64,000 nt of DNA. It comes from Sporopachydermia quercuum (Eukaryota). The notes under the pieces were generated by a model. The model had not been told where the DNA came from. It made no database searches and worked only from the letters and a program-made list of their open reading frames with translations. A program made the translations under genes and the position numbers. The DNA lies in contig BCGN01000003.1 in NCBI GenBank assembly GCA_001599295.1, positions 62,001 through 126,000 on the forward strand, in the 5' to 3' direction. Below, piece by piece: positions 1 through 13,620 of this stretch (positions are counted from its first letter, which is position 1; the number at the start of each line of letters is the position of its first letter).

Positions 1-723
1 TGTTTGAGAGGGAAAGTATCTACTGTTATCTATTGTATCTATTGTAACTGATAAATGTATTATCAGCTAGAATAGATAATTNTACCTTGCAGTAACTGAT
101 CATAAAATTGATGTAGTGATAGTGAGAATGATGCTACACGCTTGAGAATTGCCTGGTATCTGTTAATTTCGATAGCGACGTCTGTTTACTGACTTTACAG
201 CGAATGTTTCATGAAATGAAAACGAATTGAATATTAGAAAGGTGCATTTAATACAGCGAGTGTAATACTGATAATTCCTGCTCTTATTGTTATAATGGTA
301 AAATCATTACTGGTGCTATGCTATGCTACGAGTATGAATATTAGCCTCGCTGATTAGCAGATCAGGTATTTAATACCGAGAGCTGCGATCTCAGCAGGAA
401 ATAGCGGTTTCTATAGGTCTTCTCAAGGAACTTATTTGTCTGAGCTTTGGTCCTTGGAAGAGGATATGCGCGAAGCTCATATCTATGTATATTTATGTAG
501 ATTATAATGTGTATTATATTATCTTTAATTATCGGTACATTCCTCAAAAATTATATGATACCTAAGTNTCATGGCATAAGCTCTTGGTCCATCATCAAAT
601 AAGGAGTTTGAATTGGTTGTGTCTTTCAACTGATCTATTTTTCTTTTCCTTCATAATTAGCGGATACCCCAACATCATATCTAAGAGTCCTTTAGTTATT
701 ACGTTGTTACTTATCGACATAAC

Positions 724-814
724 CTCAATTCATCTTTCCAATTCACCTTTCCAATTCACCTTTCCAATTCACCTTTCCAATTCACCTTTCCAATTCACCT
801 TTCCAATTCACCTT
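724..814. repeat. 13-bp minisatellite (TCCAATTCACCTT) x6 perfect plus 1 degenerate copy
   Basis: Six exact copies at 737-814, preceded by CTCAATTCATCTT at 724-736. Confidence 0.95.
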
Positions 815-3800
815 ATCTCAAATACTTTTCCATTAGAAGCAAAGCACTTGATGGTATGTATGGACGTGATAGGAGTGACATAGCAATGAAGGATCTCACG
901 GTACAAATAGTAACATGTCAGAAATACGATACAACCAGCAACGAGTTTAACGTATTTCCTGCCTTCGATCCCTTCTAGATCCCAAAGAAATGATCATTCA
1001 GCCTTAACCTTTCTCCTGGTCCAGCTGCCACTTGTAGGAATAATAACTCGAGCATCAGAACAGAAAAAGCCTGAGAAAAGGCTAAACTGGAATGATATAA
1101 TGTGCCAGCTATTAACCTTGAATAGTCATCAGCTGCTAAGCAGAACGAGTCATCAAGATAATACTAGGAAAAGAGTAACTACTTCTATTTCTCTGGAATC
1201 TATGAGCGAGCGCTTCTATCAAAGGGAGCAAGATGATAGTCGAGAGGAAAGATTTGTTTAACACACAGAGATAGCAACACATTCGTCGGGTATCAACTGT
1301 TTTGATTTGACATAAATATTGCTATTCAATTGAAGCAATTGGAACCTCAAAGTTGTAAAGATCCCTATAATCTTTTTCCCTATTACTTCTCACGCCGGTT
1401 CCTGGAACATAAACATAAATATAAGATAAGNCTTCAATACCTAATAAGTGATTCTAGCTAGGTGCATATCTTGGAATATAGCTTTGATCCTAATTCTCAT
1501 CATGGTATAAGGATTAGAATAACTTCCAACGATAATACTATGACTGCTCCTGCTTGTATGTCTTCTGTTTATATGGCCCGCTCTAGATGTAGAACGGTGT
1601 AGAACGGCCTATAGGTTAAGCATCCTTGGTCCCAGTTAGACCAAATGGTAGACGTAGGAAAGCCCAGTTTTTACGCGCCTCTGATGCTTATAACAGCGTC
1701 CATGGCATCTGAAGGACTTAAATTTCAAAGTATGTTGATTTGGTGTTTTCATTATCAGATTATCCACTCAGTGGTAGTGCCGATTCAAAAGCAATTAAGC
1801 CACCATTTATTAATGGTTCGCTCATTAGAGGACTAATGCTGTCGTACGGCCTGAATATTACATTATTGAACAATACAGTGATTTCGTCAATAGGTTCCTG
1901 CACGCTAGGAACATCAACAGAAAGCTGAACCAATTGCAACAACTGCATAATGAACGGGAATTTCTAACAATAAATACCAAAGACAAGTTCAGCACTTGGA
2001 TTTAAAGCGTTGATTTCGAACCGGATTTAATAGGGCAAAACAGTGTATGTTGTTTGCACTTTTACCATTGAAAGTGTCATACCTCTTACTCTTGTAAACA
2101 GCATATTTAACTTGCAGCTTAAACATTCAGTTCAAAGATCTCCGCAAATTAAGCCAACCGCTTCTACTACTGCTTCTGCCGCTGATACGGAAGATAATGA
2201 AGAGAAATCCCNATGCTCGGTGCTCAACTCTAGCCTTTACCTTATTCTCTGACTGCCCTTGTTTCAGGAATAGTTACTCCTAGAGCCGAGCCACTCACCT
2301 AAATACTAGAATAGCCAATACAACTGGACTCGACATTTCAAGTGTTTTCATNGTTTTCCGTAAGTTTAATGCTGAAACTATAGTTCTTGAGACACTCATT
2401 ATAATGCTGATGAGTACTTATAACAACCGTCAACAGTGAAACCAGATTATATATTTGTGCATAGTATAAATTAATAGAGGAGCCCATGTTAATTGACTTC
2501 CATATTGGACAAAAGAGTTAAACCATTTTTATCATCTTCAAAGTCTGCGAAGTCTTTATATAATCAAAAATATTGTTCAGCCAAGTCAACAGATATGGTA
2601 GAGTTCGAATAATAAGACTGAGCTTATGCGTTAGATTTGGTTTCTTTATGCTGGGCTTTTATATGCTGTGCTTTGGGCTTTTCATAACAAGAATTAACAA
2701 TCTATAAGCAAACTAGAACCAGTAATATAATAGAGGGGGCCTGCATGTTTGCGAGTGTGAATGTTGATTATACCGAATGCTGAGTGAATCTCAGGTTACG
2801 CGCTACCCNTATTGAATCCCAGAGCAAGAATAAATACAAAAAGGACAATTTCTGGCAAAGTACGGAACTTGCATCAACTGAAAACAGTTTCACGCCTCTG
2901 TTCCCACCATCGTTTCCACGCTCGGAAGCTCTCAGAAGGAGACTCTCCCGTGATGAGAATTACAACATGTGAAAAGTGTTTCACCAACAGTAAATTCTAA
3001 AGTTTGAATATGAAAAATCAGCATAGAACTGGCAGCTGTATGAACATCATATCATCGATATATATCCTTTATCATCCACTTCCTGTCGGATCTATCAATC
3101 TTATCAATCTTCATCTTAATGTTCTATTAATCCATTTCTATCAATTCTATTAATCTAATTACATAAATACTGACTGTGAGCATAATGTGGTTCCTTTCTG
3201 ATTATCTGCATCCAACATGAATTCCATATTAATGAATATTGATTATCATAAGCATTATTCATTGAGGTCAAATTATCTATCTCTGGCAGTTTACTGACAG
3301 ATAAAATAGCATCAAAATCAATCAGCAAATCCAGGAAAAGATTGTAACCGATGATNAGTACTTGGTTTATTGTTTATAATGATGATAACAGCCATCGTAA
3401 CCATAATGATGATAATCAACATAATACCCATAATAACCACCAACTCTGAGAACCATAGAAAGCATTTCTCCGTAATCATCTCATACAATTCAATCAAGGT
3501 TAATTAGTACTTTTTGTTCGTACTTCTCCAGCACTTGTATGAATATTGGGATACAAAAAAGTTTATTTCACTATTTGTATTCCATTTCCTCAAACAAGAG
3601 GTGAGAAATACGATTGTCTCCTTCTCACTAAAATTGGCTCATGGTTTCAACTTCAGCAGCAGTAAGTTAGACGTAGAAGTAACATGAGCCAATACTGTCT
3701 TGTCGTGAGCTGCTTGTCCCTAAAGGTCCCCGAAAGTGTAGACTCTGCGCTGNGAAATTAACGTCCTTTATAATAAAAACGTATTGAATAGATCAGCATG

Positions 3801-5355
3801 TTTATCCCCATTATTGCCATCGTTATTACTATCAGCATCATCATAATCTTCATTATAAACCATTATAACTATCAACCTTCTCAGTAATTAAACTACAGAT
3901 TCAACGCTCTTTCTATCATTTTTGCAATTCTCACTATTCTACTTCATTTCATTCCCAATACTATCATCATAATCAATGTCCGAAGTAAAGGGATTCAATC
4001 TCAGACATCATATCATCAAATGACACTTCACCAAATAATTCATTGCAACAGATACGTAAATACCACATTACATTGCTGTTGTCAGCAGTTATCACTCCTA
4101 ACTAGCTGTTTTCATCTTCCTTATGAATATAAAGAAATGAACCGTTATTTCATACGAAAGTTTGACAGCAAACACCTTGAAAAACAGTTTGGAAGATTGA
4201 NAGACTTCATAGCTTCTTGTAGATTCACTATATGTTCCTTTTCTTCCATGAGCTGATTTCTTCTAATGAGTTATAAAGGATTCCGCGTTTTGATTCTGTT
4301 CAATGTTGCGTTCACAGAATCGCGTTTTCTCAGCTTGGAATGACGATAATAAACATTATACGTTTATATGGACGTTATAATCACCATATAATGAGGCTAA
4401 TAATGAGTTAACGCTTACAACATAGGATATAAAAACCATATAACACTACATATAAACAGCATTCTTGATTGCATCCATTTCCTCTTCCATGCCCTTAATT
4501 ATCTACTCTTCCTTTCAAATTGAGTAAGATAGCAAATAAAGGGATATCCTATAGCATGAGCACACTGAGGTCGCTTTCTTTTAGTGGACAGCCAATGATT
4601 AGATGGAAAGCAGCTTTTATCCTTCTATATCTAGTGGAAACAACGTTCTAATTCTTCAGAATCAGAANGATTGTTGCATTTGATCTCAAGTGGAATCGTG
4701 CAGTACCAAACTAACCTTGAAGAAGTTATCAATTAGTGCAAGTGATTTGGAGATAACATGNACTCAGGGAAATAAACGCAAGAGAGGAAAGACTCCTATT
4801 GNTGGAAGTGACAGTGAGAACATAGAACAGGCAAAGGAACACACCCATGTGTGTGAATTAATGGAGATTTAAAACTGGTTTGAGCGTTTGGTTGAAGTAA
4901 TGGGATTGATATCAAAAGGTCAAACTGGTGATGAGTCTTCTACATCAAAGGTTCCAATTAGAGCCTAATNGCTTCACCGAAAAGGTAAGCCGTCAGATGA
5001 TGCCACTGATGAAGATGAGTTGAATGCAATGTGNGCTCACTTGAGAAAAGACCATCAACGAATAGGAAGCACGATGGGACCAGAATAAGAATATGTCAAG
5101 AATTTGTCAATTAACGGTACAGCAGATGCTCCACGAACANTTATTGATGATTATTGCTGGGTCTCGATGTCTTCAATGACATCACATGAGCTACCCGATA
5201 AGTTGAAGTCACTGCTTGGCATATCNGCCATTGAAGTTGTTATTGATCCGAATGAAAAGGGAGGTATTCTTTCGCAGCTTGTTTCCACCATTGCCTTCCC
5301 TTTCTCTAATATGTGGGTGGTACCTGTGCCGCGCTGCACACAGGTGCTGCACGGC

Positions 5356-7263
5356 TTACATAATAACGCAATCTTTATCTTTCCCCTTTTTGAGCTCAAC
5401 GGAGCCTCCTTTCATCCGATTCAACCGCTCCGCAGCCTTCGCATTGCCATTCTTCGCTGCCTTCATAAACCATTCCTTCGCTTGGTTCACATCAACCTCA
5501 CAGCCAACTCCCTTCTCGCAAAAATGCCCCATGGTGAATTGCGCCTTGGGGTATCCCAATAAAGCAGACCGTTTGGCCCATTCATACGCTTCCTCATGGT
5601 TCTGTTCTAAAACGCCTTCAGCACCAACCATATACCAAGCACACATTCCCAGCATACTTGGAGCATCCCCAGCCATTGCAGCTATGGTATAGTAATGAAT
5701 GGACAGAGGAGCATCCTGGGGGCAGCCCAGCAAGCCATATTCATAGCAGCGGCCGAGTTTGGCTGCGGCAGGGATAAATCCCAGTTCTGAGGACTGGACG
5801 AGCAGCTGCACGGCGTATTTGTCGTCCTTGATCACGATATCACCGAGNCCTTCTTCGTAGATCTTGGAGAGTAGAAACGGGGCTTGGGCTGTGAATTCCG
5901 TTGCCGCGTCGGAAGCGCGCTGCAGCCACTTCACGCCGTCTTGTTTCACGATCATGGAGTTCCCCAGCCCTAGCTTGCCCAAGAAACATGCTTCCCCGAG
6001 CCGGAACATAGCTGCCGGGTGGTTTTTCGCGGACGCTGTTTTCAGGAACTGTACNGCTCTCCGCACGTCTTTCGATGTTCCCCAACCGAACTCGCAGCAT
6101 AAGGCCGCACGGTATGCTGCTTCTACATGGCCGTGTTTTGCTGCCAGCTGGAACAGTGTGAACGCTTCTTTATTGTCTGGTTTTCCCGTCGGGGACAGGA
6201 TTCCCGACGCGAAAATGTCCCCCAAAAGATACTGGGAGTCCGGGTAGCCTTTCTCCGACAGCTTGCGTAAATTCTGGACTGTTTCCTTCAGCAGGCTGTC
6301 TCTGGTTTTCCTTTCTTCTTCTGTTGCACTGTATACGTTGCTGGTGCCGCTTGGTTGCGAGAGATGAGGTGAGGAGCTGTTTGGCGAAGGGGACACCATG
6401 GAAATGGTGCGGTGNCCCTGTCCTGGGGGTCCAGCGAGAGAAGATGCAGCGCCAGGACCTCCGCCAGTCGCTACCAATGCTGTTTGAAGCATGTACTGGG
6501 CAAACTGGAACTGGACAACAGGATCATTGCTCTTCTTGGCGTTTTTCCGATACAGTTCGATGGTTTTCATGCGGGGCATCAGCGACGACGAGTTCGTGCC
6601 GAGATACTGTGATAAATGAGCATTGGTTAGCGTTGGCTGCGGTAACGGCGAGATAGACCGGTCAAAGTCCATTGAGGAGGATCCTCGCATGTGCGTATAG
6701 GACATAGAAGCAGGTCTTCCTCTGGAGGCTGATACGGAACTGCTAGAAGATACCGTGGAGTTGTTGTTATGGGTGAGGTTCAGAGAGGCTCTGGACGGAG
6801 AGTTCGAGGCCCGCAGTTGAGGGGACACCATTGAAGGGTATATTCGCGGGGAGACTTTGCCGGAAAGTCCTCCCGAAGATCTCTTTGCACTAGCGGAGTA
6901 TTCTCCTTGCGGGATGCTTGACGTGGAAGACGCTGGCGAGAGGATTCCTGTTGGGGAAGTTGAGAGTCGCAAGCTGGGTCTCGGTGGCGGAAGAGTGTTG
7001 TTCGAAGACAGCATAGGGAAGGCTGTTTGGGCCAGGTCGTTGTTCAAAGGTGCAGTTTGGCGGGCGGAGTTGGGGCTTTCTGAGCCTGAGCCTGAGCCTG
7101 AGCCACCGGAAGACGTATGTTCGTCGGAATAGCCGCCATCAAACTTGCTCGGCAACGGAGGCGGCAACGGAATGTCCAGTTCTGTCTGTTCCTGTATGGT
7201 GGGACCCTCTGAGCCCANAATTTTCTGCGGGTGTGCAAATTGCCCATAGGGATGATCAGCCAT
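5356..7263 (-). CDS. SKT5: Chitin synthase III activator, Sel1-like repeat protein (Skt5/Chs4)
   Basis: 635-aa ORF with a low-complexity Ser/Pro N-terminus, YRKNAKKSNDPVVQFQFAQYML, multiple SEL1 repeats (AAKHGHVEAAYRAALCCEFGWG; WYMVGAEGVLEQNHEEAYEW) and a C-terminal CaaX box (CVIM). Linked to UBP13/PRS as in S. cerevisiae. Confidence 0.9.
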   Translation of the reverse strand: MADHPYGQFAHPQKIXGSEGPTIQEQTELDIPLPPPLPSKFDGGYSDEHTSSGGSGSGSGSESPNSARQTAPLNNDLAQTAFPMLSSNNTLPPPRPSLRLSTSPTGILSPASSTSSIPQGEYSASAKRSSGGLSGKVSPRIYPSMVSPQLRASNSPSRASLNLTHNNNSTVSSSSSVSASRGRPASMSYTHMRGSSSMDFDRSISPLPQPTLTNAHLSQYLGTNSSSLMPRMKTIELYRKNAKKSNDPVVQFQFAQYMLQTALVATGGGPGAASSLAGPPGQXHRTISMVSPSPNSSSPHLSQPSGTSNVYSATEEERKTRDSLLKETVQNLRKLSEKGYPDSQYLLGDIFASGILSPTGKPDNKEAFTLFQLAAKHGHVEAAYRAALCCEFGWGTSKDVRRXVQFLKTASAKNHPAAMFRLGEACFLGKLGLGNSMIVKQDGVKWLQRASDAATEFTAQAPFLLSKIYEEXLGDIVIKDDKYAVQLLVQSSELGFIPAAAKLGRCYEYGLLGCPQDAPLSIHYYTIAAMAGDAPSMLGMCAWYMVGAEGVLEQNHEEAYEWAKRSALLGYPKAQFTMGHFCEKGVGCEVDVNQAKEWFMKAAKNGNAKAAERLNRMKGGSVELKKGKDKDCVIM

Positions 7264-8307
7264 TGTAGAGGGATCAAGAGAACTGTACTAGGTATACTAT
7301 TAGTGACGATGTTGTTTGATCAATTGATGATCAACTTCTTCGTAGATGTNATATATACTGAGCAACGGGGAGCTGCAATATCTATAATAAATGCAATTCT
7401 TACGGTGAAAGCCTGTTGTAGATGTATTAGGCCCTTTGTCTGTTCCTTGAACTGATACCTTTCGTTGGGCGGTGTTATCGGGTCTTGATCCAGTGGTAGA
7501 AGCTCTGCAGTCCTTTAAAAGATCTTTGAATGCAGATCGAAAGTTTATTTCTGTTCAAAACGCCTTGAGTCCATGGGTTCTGCCGTGTTCCTTGCCTGTT
7601 TGTTATGATCGTTGCTGTGAAGCTGTCGCCAACAATGCCTACAATGTAAGAACTTCAGGGCAAGTTCTGATCTTGGCAATAGTTTCCACCAGAATACAAA
7701 AAAATCTAACGTTCTGATGACTTTTGACAAACAGTTAAAAAGTTAATTGCAGTTTTTCGATTGGTGAAATAACAAGAGGGGAGGAATAACAGAAAATTTT
7801 TCACGATAGCACTGCTAATAACGATAACAGCAGAAAAAAGAAAGTCTAGAATGTGTAACAGGTATGGCAGATGTTTGTGCCTGAGATCAATTTTTTCTTC
7901 AAAGTTTTGTGGTAGTGAGAAAACGCCATGCATTGTGACGCATTGCATTGCATATGCATGACAAGACGGTGAATAGAGAATGGGCTTCTATTTTAAAATT
8001 AAGGTTTGGACAGTGTGTTATGTCATAATAATGGGTGGGGTATTGTTTCCGGAGTGAGATTTTTAAATTTGTGTGCTGGAAGTTACGCACCGTTGCAGGT
8101 ATAGGAATTGGGATGCTAGATGAGAGTGTGAACGCAANAGGACTGGCAAAAAGAGACACTGATAAGGTAGGTCGGAGGGCGATAAAAGCAGAGACTAGAA
8201 TGAACGTATAGATATTGGAGCTATATAACCGTAAACTGTTTTTTCACATTATTTCATGGTTGATTGATACAGCTGGTTAAGTTTTCTAAAGTAAAATAAG
8301 TGTCATA

Positions 8308-8721
8308 ATGTCAGTCAAAGGCTCAATTCTATTAGCTTTCAAGTTTCTGTTCGTAAGTGTTCATGTACAAGTATATATATAGGTTCCTGAAGATAACAAA
8401 ATTTTAACTAACATATGCATTCGTATTATCAAGACCACATCTTTGCTGACGATTTTGGGAGTGGTGATATATCAAACTTATAGATTGGTTCTACAACCAA
8501 TTCTAGCTCGTCATAATGTTACTATTCCTTTGATTAATTATACATTTCATGGCGGTATAACTCTTCCTGACGAAGAAAGGCAAGAGGGTCTTGATGTCTC
8601 AAGTAGCGATGCTCACGAAAGGTTTGAAGATGAATCTGAGCCTGTTCCCGAGCCACGTCTAGAATCAGGTTCTGAAGCTGAAGAAAACGACGATTCATCG
8701 CCACAAGAGAATGTTTCTTAG
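8308..8721 (+). CDS. Small spliced hypothetical membrane protein, about 110 aa; join(8308..8352,8434..8721)
   Basis: ATG at 8308, GTAAGT donor at 8353, AACTAAC branch near 8406-8412, AAG acceptor at 8433. Splicing is in frame with the ORF 8443..8721. Hydrophobic N-terminus (MSVKGSILLAFKFLFTTSLLTILGVVIY) and acidic tail. Confidence 0.7.
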
Positions 8722-9766
8722 TGGTTTAATAATAAATTGTGTGTTGATAGAATAGTACTTTAGTTTATTGGTTGTTGTGTTTTCTGTAGATGTACATTGG
8801 TATTAGGTTCAGGTGAGATGCAATGATAGAACACTCTGCATTGCGGTGAATGTTCTAACTTTGGTTTCTGTCGTTCGACAAAATACTAGTAGATCTGATA
8901 TTTATATAATTCCACATAATTCACTGTATGGAGTTTAATATTACTCTATAACATTAGCAACAATCTAGCAGTATCACATTCAATTGCTCATACTACTTAC
9001 GAAAACCATGNAATCTTAATATGCAATATCATGCATGTTTACTGCATATTCCTGCTCCTTCCTTTTCCCTACATTCCCTTCTCTCCACAGCCAATCTCAA
9101 TTTCACACCATAAATCCCAGATTTCACCTGTTCCCCATAACCAGTAACCCCAATTTCAACTATCACATCTTCCTCTAACAGCCCTCAAATAAGTGATAAT
9201 TCCAGCCATTAGTAACCTTCGGTTTCCCGCCCTAAATACCTGCAATTACCACATCTCCAGACCTACCCTCTCATTTTTAGATCCAACTCTGTTTCCCTAA
9301 CAGGCAATATCCAGAACCTTATTTCCCCGAAACAAGCTGCAGGTTTCTCATACTAAATTTCACTCTGCTTCCACTTGCACTATCCATCTTTCCATTCAGC
9401 AGATTTGATGATAGATTTCCTTACAATTACGGCGATTTCTCATTATCAAAACTGCTATTCAGTGCTGTATATGTAGTAGACGTTCTTACAAGAAAAGTGG
9501 GCTCGTTCTGATCTCAAATCAACCAATTTGCTAACCCCTGAAAGGCAAGTGCATGCTGTTGTCTATATTGTCCATACACTATACATTGATCGATTGATTG
9601 ATGGTATTACCAGTGTTGTTGCTAGGAGAAGCAGAATCAGTTTGAAGAATTGATAGGATCACGAGAAGTTTTATCGATATAAATTGTAGCTGATGATAAA
9701 CGATATGAAATGAACAGGAAGAGCGTATGAGCAGAGAAGAGAAAGAGAAAGAAAGCGCACGTCAAG

Positions 9767-12311
9767 ATGTCGTTTAGAAAATGGATTGGATCTGTAAGTA
9801 TTCTTTGAGTGAACGTGAGAGGGAAGAGAATTCTGGGCTTGTTTTATGATATTTATTAGGCAGTTTAAGCAGTTTAAGGTATTTTACGGGTTTTTAATAT
9901 TCTAAGGAAGTTTAAGCAGTTTAATGTGGATTTATCAGTTGCTATCTTCTCCATATTGCCAAGTCATATTCATACGACTCGGTATCATCACCGTCTACTA
10001 CTATGACTTCCGCATATACAGGATAAACAGAAAATAGTACTTAAAACTCAGCGTACTATTTTGTTTCCATTCATTTTATTAATTTTTTTGTCCTTTTTAC
10101 TACATTCATTCATTCGTTCATCCTGCTTTATACCCAGAGCAAATCAGCATTCAATTAACATTCATATATACACACTGCTAACATACACACGCACACGCAC
10201 AGTCTGACGATAAAAACAAAGGAAAAACACTAAAACACCAAGCGAAACCACTACCAAATCCTCCAATAAACAATGCCGCTTCTACTGCTAATGCTGACGA
10301 AAAATCGCCGGCCGTTTTAACTGATGGCTCATCGTCTATACATAATTTTGAGGAACTAGCGCCGAGCAAAATCTTCGGAATGGAGAATTTCGGGAACACG
10401 TGCTATTGTAATAGTATATTACAGTGTTTGTACTACACTCGGAGTTTCCGGCATCACGTGATGAACTTCCCGGAGCGGAAACATTTTGGACGAAGATTAC
10501 AAGTCCCCGGAACAAAGCCCCGCCATTTCCATGGCTCCAACGATGGCCAAGCGACATCCGAACAGAACACAACTGCGAACGGGACCGGAACTGGAACTGG
10601 TACCGAAACCAGCCCCGGCTCTAGCTCCGGCTCGGCAGAACAACCCCCAGAATCAGAAGACCGGAAAAGATCCTTCTTCCGCTCCGCGAGCTCGAAAAAA
10701 TCCGACCCCACAAACCCCGCTCCGTCCACAGTCTCATCTGCCTCGATCACAACCCAATCGACTTCCATCTCCTCCGCCGCTTCTCAAACAGAAAACAACC
10801 ATCATAACCACCTTTTAGACTCCAGCACGAACTCATTCGCCCAAAATTACTCGGCCAACAAACTCGCAAGAATACTGGAAAAGCACCCGGGCCTTTCCGG
10901 CCTGAAACTCGGTTACGCACTGCCCCAGCAGAATATAACCGTCGTGGGTGTCGTGGACGAACTGTATCCGACCTCGGAAACAAGAAAAAGGGCCGCTCTG
11001 ACGCAGGGGCCTATTATCAATCTAGATCATACAATGAACGCTCGGTACAGCATGCCCGAGTCTCTATTCACGGCCCTCAAGGATCTTTTTGAATGCATGG
11101 CCGAGAACGAGTCCCGTACAGGAGTAGTGTCTCCCAGCAGACTCATAGAGGTTCTCAAGAACCAGAACGAGCTTTTCCGGTCGAGCATGCACCAGGACGC
11201 TCACGAGTTTCTCAACTACATCCTCAATGACGTGATAGAGTCTGTGGATAAGTTCCGCAAGGGCGAGCGCTGGGTCCACGAGTTGTTTGAAGGAATGCTG
11301 ACGTCGGAAACAAAATGTCTCTGCTGTGAAACGACCTCCACGCGCGACGAGCTGTTTCTCGATCTTTCTATTGATTTAGAACAGAATTCGAGCGTCCACG
11401 AATGTGTCACGCAGTTTTCTGCTTCCGAAATGCTTCGGGAACGCAACAAATTCCACTGCGACACTTGCGGAGGTCTCCAAGAAGCCGAAAAGCGCATGAA
11501 AGTGAAAAAACTGCCGAAAGTGCTCGCCTTGCACCTGAAGAGGTTCAAATATACCGAGGCTCTCGGCAGAAACGTCAAACTGTTCCATAGGGTTCAGTAT
11601 CCTATGACCCTGCGTCTTTTCGGCACTGTAGAACCTGATTCCCCTGAAGTTCTGTATGAATTATATGCTGTGGTAGTCCACATTGGCGGGGGCCCTTACC
11701 AGGGTCACTATGTATCAGTTATCAAGACGGAAACNAGCGGATGGCTGCTGTTTGACGATGAGCTTGTAGAGCATGTTGATGATAACTACGTTCTCCAGTT
11801 CTTTGGCAATGGGCCGGGCCTGGCCTCTGCTTATGTATTGTTCTACCAGGAGGTTTCGGACGCTGATTTTCAGGCTCACACGATGTATACGTGGGCGGAA
11901 GAGGATGAGCTGAAGGTGAGCGCGAACGAGATCCAAAGAGATGCAGAAAAGGAAAGGGAAAGGGAAAGAGAAAGAGAACTAGAGAGGGAACGAGAAAAAG
12001 AGAAAGAACACGAGAGCGAACAGAACGGCCATGGCCACCACGGCCACTATGGGCTTAGTAAACTGAGCCAGAAGGCGCACAGTGCTGCATCGTCGAAATC
12101 GTCAAAGGCCAACAGCGTAGTTTCCAACGGGTCTAATTTCAGTACCAACGGGCTTCAGCAGCCGCAGCAGCAAACTGCCNATACTCCTGTTTTCACTGTT
12201 TCTGCACCTGCAGCGAATCCTTTTGAGGATGTGATAGAACAGCCAAAACGAGGAAATGAGAAAGATAACAAGAAGAAACGCATTTCCTTCAGTTTTTCAA
12301 AGAAGAAATGA
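9767..12311 (+). CDS. UBP13: Ubiquitin-specific protease, Ubp9/Ubp13 (CreB-like, USP12/46 family); join(9767..9793,10203..12311)
   Basis: Cys box [32 protein letters not shown] and His box GHYVS...WLLFDD. Exon 1 [15 protein letters not shown] at 9794, TGCTAAC branch near 10176, CAG at 10202; frame is preserved. Confidence 0.9.
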
Positions 12312-13544
12312 ACTAAAAGAGAAAATGAAAGGAGGAGAGAAGAAATGCAGAAGGAACGAGAATGAATAAAAGCAGATAAAACACATGCAACGATCATCGA
12401 ATCAACAGCCCAATCAACAACTCAATTAACAGTCACATACAACACAGTTCTTCTTGATAAATCCTATTGTTCACAGTAGTTATAGAGTATAGAATATCTA
12501 GACATAAGCAACCTATCTAGATATATGCAATGTTACATATAAGCAATTATATATTCAATCTTTATTTAGATAAAATATTTACATAAACCAACCATTATCT
12601 ACATACATAGTTGTAGTCCTTGATTGTATAGGTGTCAATATAGGTTTGGTACAGATGATTGTAGATGACAAAAAATGATTATGATATACCTGATGTCTTA
12701 AATCTGAGAAATTATTGGGTGGGAAGTATGGAGAGAATAGAACGATCATGCTGATGCTTATTAAAAAAATAGTGTCGAGTGAAAGCTGTAAGGAGTTGAG
12801 AAACGAAATGGTTCGTAGAACGAATGTGTGGGAGAGAGCAGTCATAAGGAGGACTAAGACGTGGTAGCATATGCTATGAGTAATCATTATCTAGGCACAT
12901 ATTATATCTATCTACAAACAATCTTCAATCATTATCTATGTGATTTTTTCCCTATCACTGAAGTAGTACTATCGCTAAGACAGCTAATATCAAGAGTTGA
13001 GATTTCATTCAATCAGATCCAATCAAATCAAACCACCTCAGATAACTCGTTTCTGATTAGACCTTGACGAAGAGAGATAACAGAGCTACTGGGAACACCC
13101 AAGTATCTCAAGGGATAGTATATGCCTTGCTTGCCAATAAGGATCAGTAAGGAAACAATTGGTGTTAATCCTATCTTTTTAAGTATAGCAGAAACAAGAT
13201 GATAAGTGCTTGAAGTTCTAACTATTCGTATGATCAAAGAGTTTGAATATGAACCATTAGTTTATGCTCTTACATTTGATATCTCTCCAGGAGAGTCATA
13301 TCAACAGGTTTGCATTATCCCAATCCTCCTTCTTCTTATACTCATACTCATATTAATATTCCTTGTTCTAATTCTAACTCAGCCTTATCCTGTATAATCA
13401 TGATCAGGAGCCGTAAAATCGTCTAAATTGGCTTGTGAAAGCAGCTTTATCTTTTGTCTCAGGCTTCTAACTGCCAACTCTTTCAAGTAATGAAACGTTT
13501 ATGTCCATCGCTTAGTAAGCACTGCCTTATCAGGGCTTATATGA

Positions 13545-13620
13545 AAGATATAATATGATATAATATGATATGATATGATATGATATGATATGGCATTATA
13601 TGATATGACATTATATGATG
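13545..13620. repeat. (ATATG)n pentanucleotide microsatellite, partly degenerate
   Basis: atatgatatgatatgatatgatatg run with imperfect flanking units. Confidence 0.85.

Noticed and set aside
724..814. Direct-repeat array as a CRISPR
   Set aside because: Head-to-tail 13-bp units with no spacers, eukaryotic context and no cas genes.
2407..2450. CTGATGA...GAAA hammerhead-like core
   Set aside because: Stem II does not pair convincingly, and there is no room for stem III or the cleavage triplet.
4690..5200. Coding-like fragments downstream of SKT5 as a pseudogene or transposon remnant
   Set aside because: Short broken frames with no recognisable domain, LTR or TIR.
5104..7455. Multiple plus-strand ORFs overlapping SKT5 (similar antisense ORFs occur over UBP13, the TF and RPS8)
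   Set aside because: Shadow ORFs of GC-rich or biased coding sequence, with no independent motifs.
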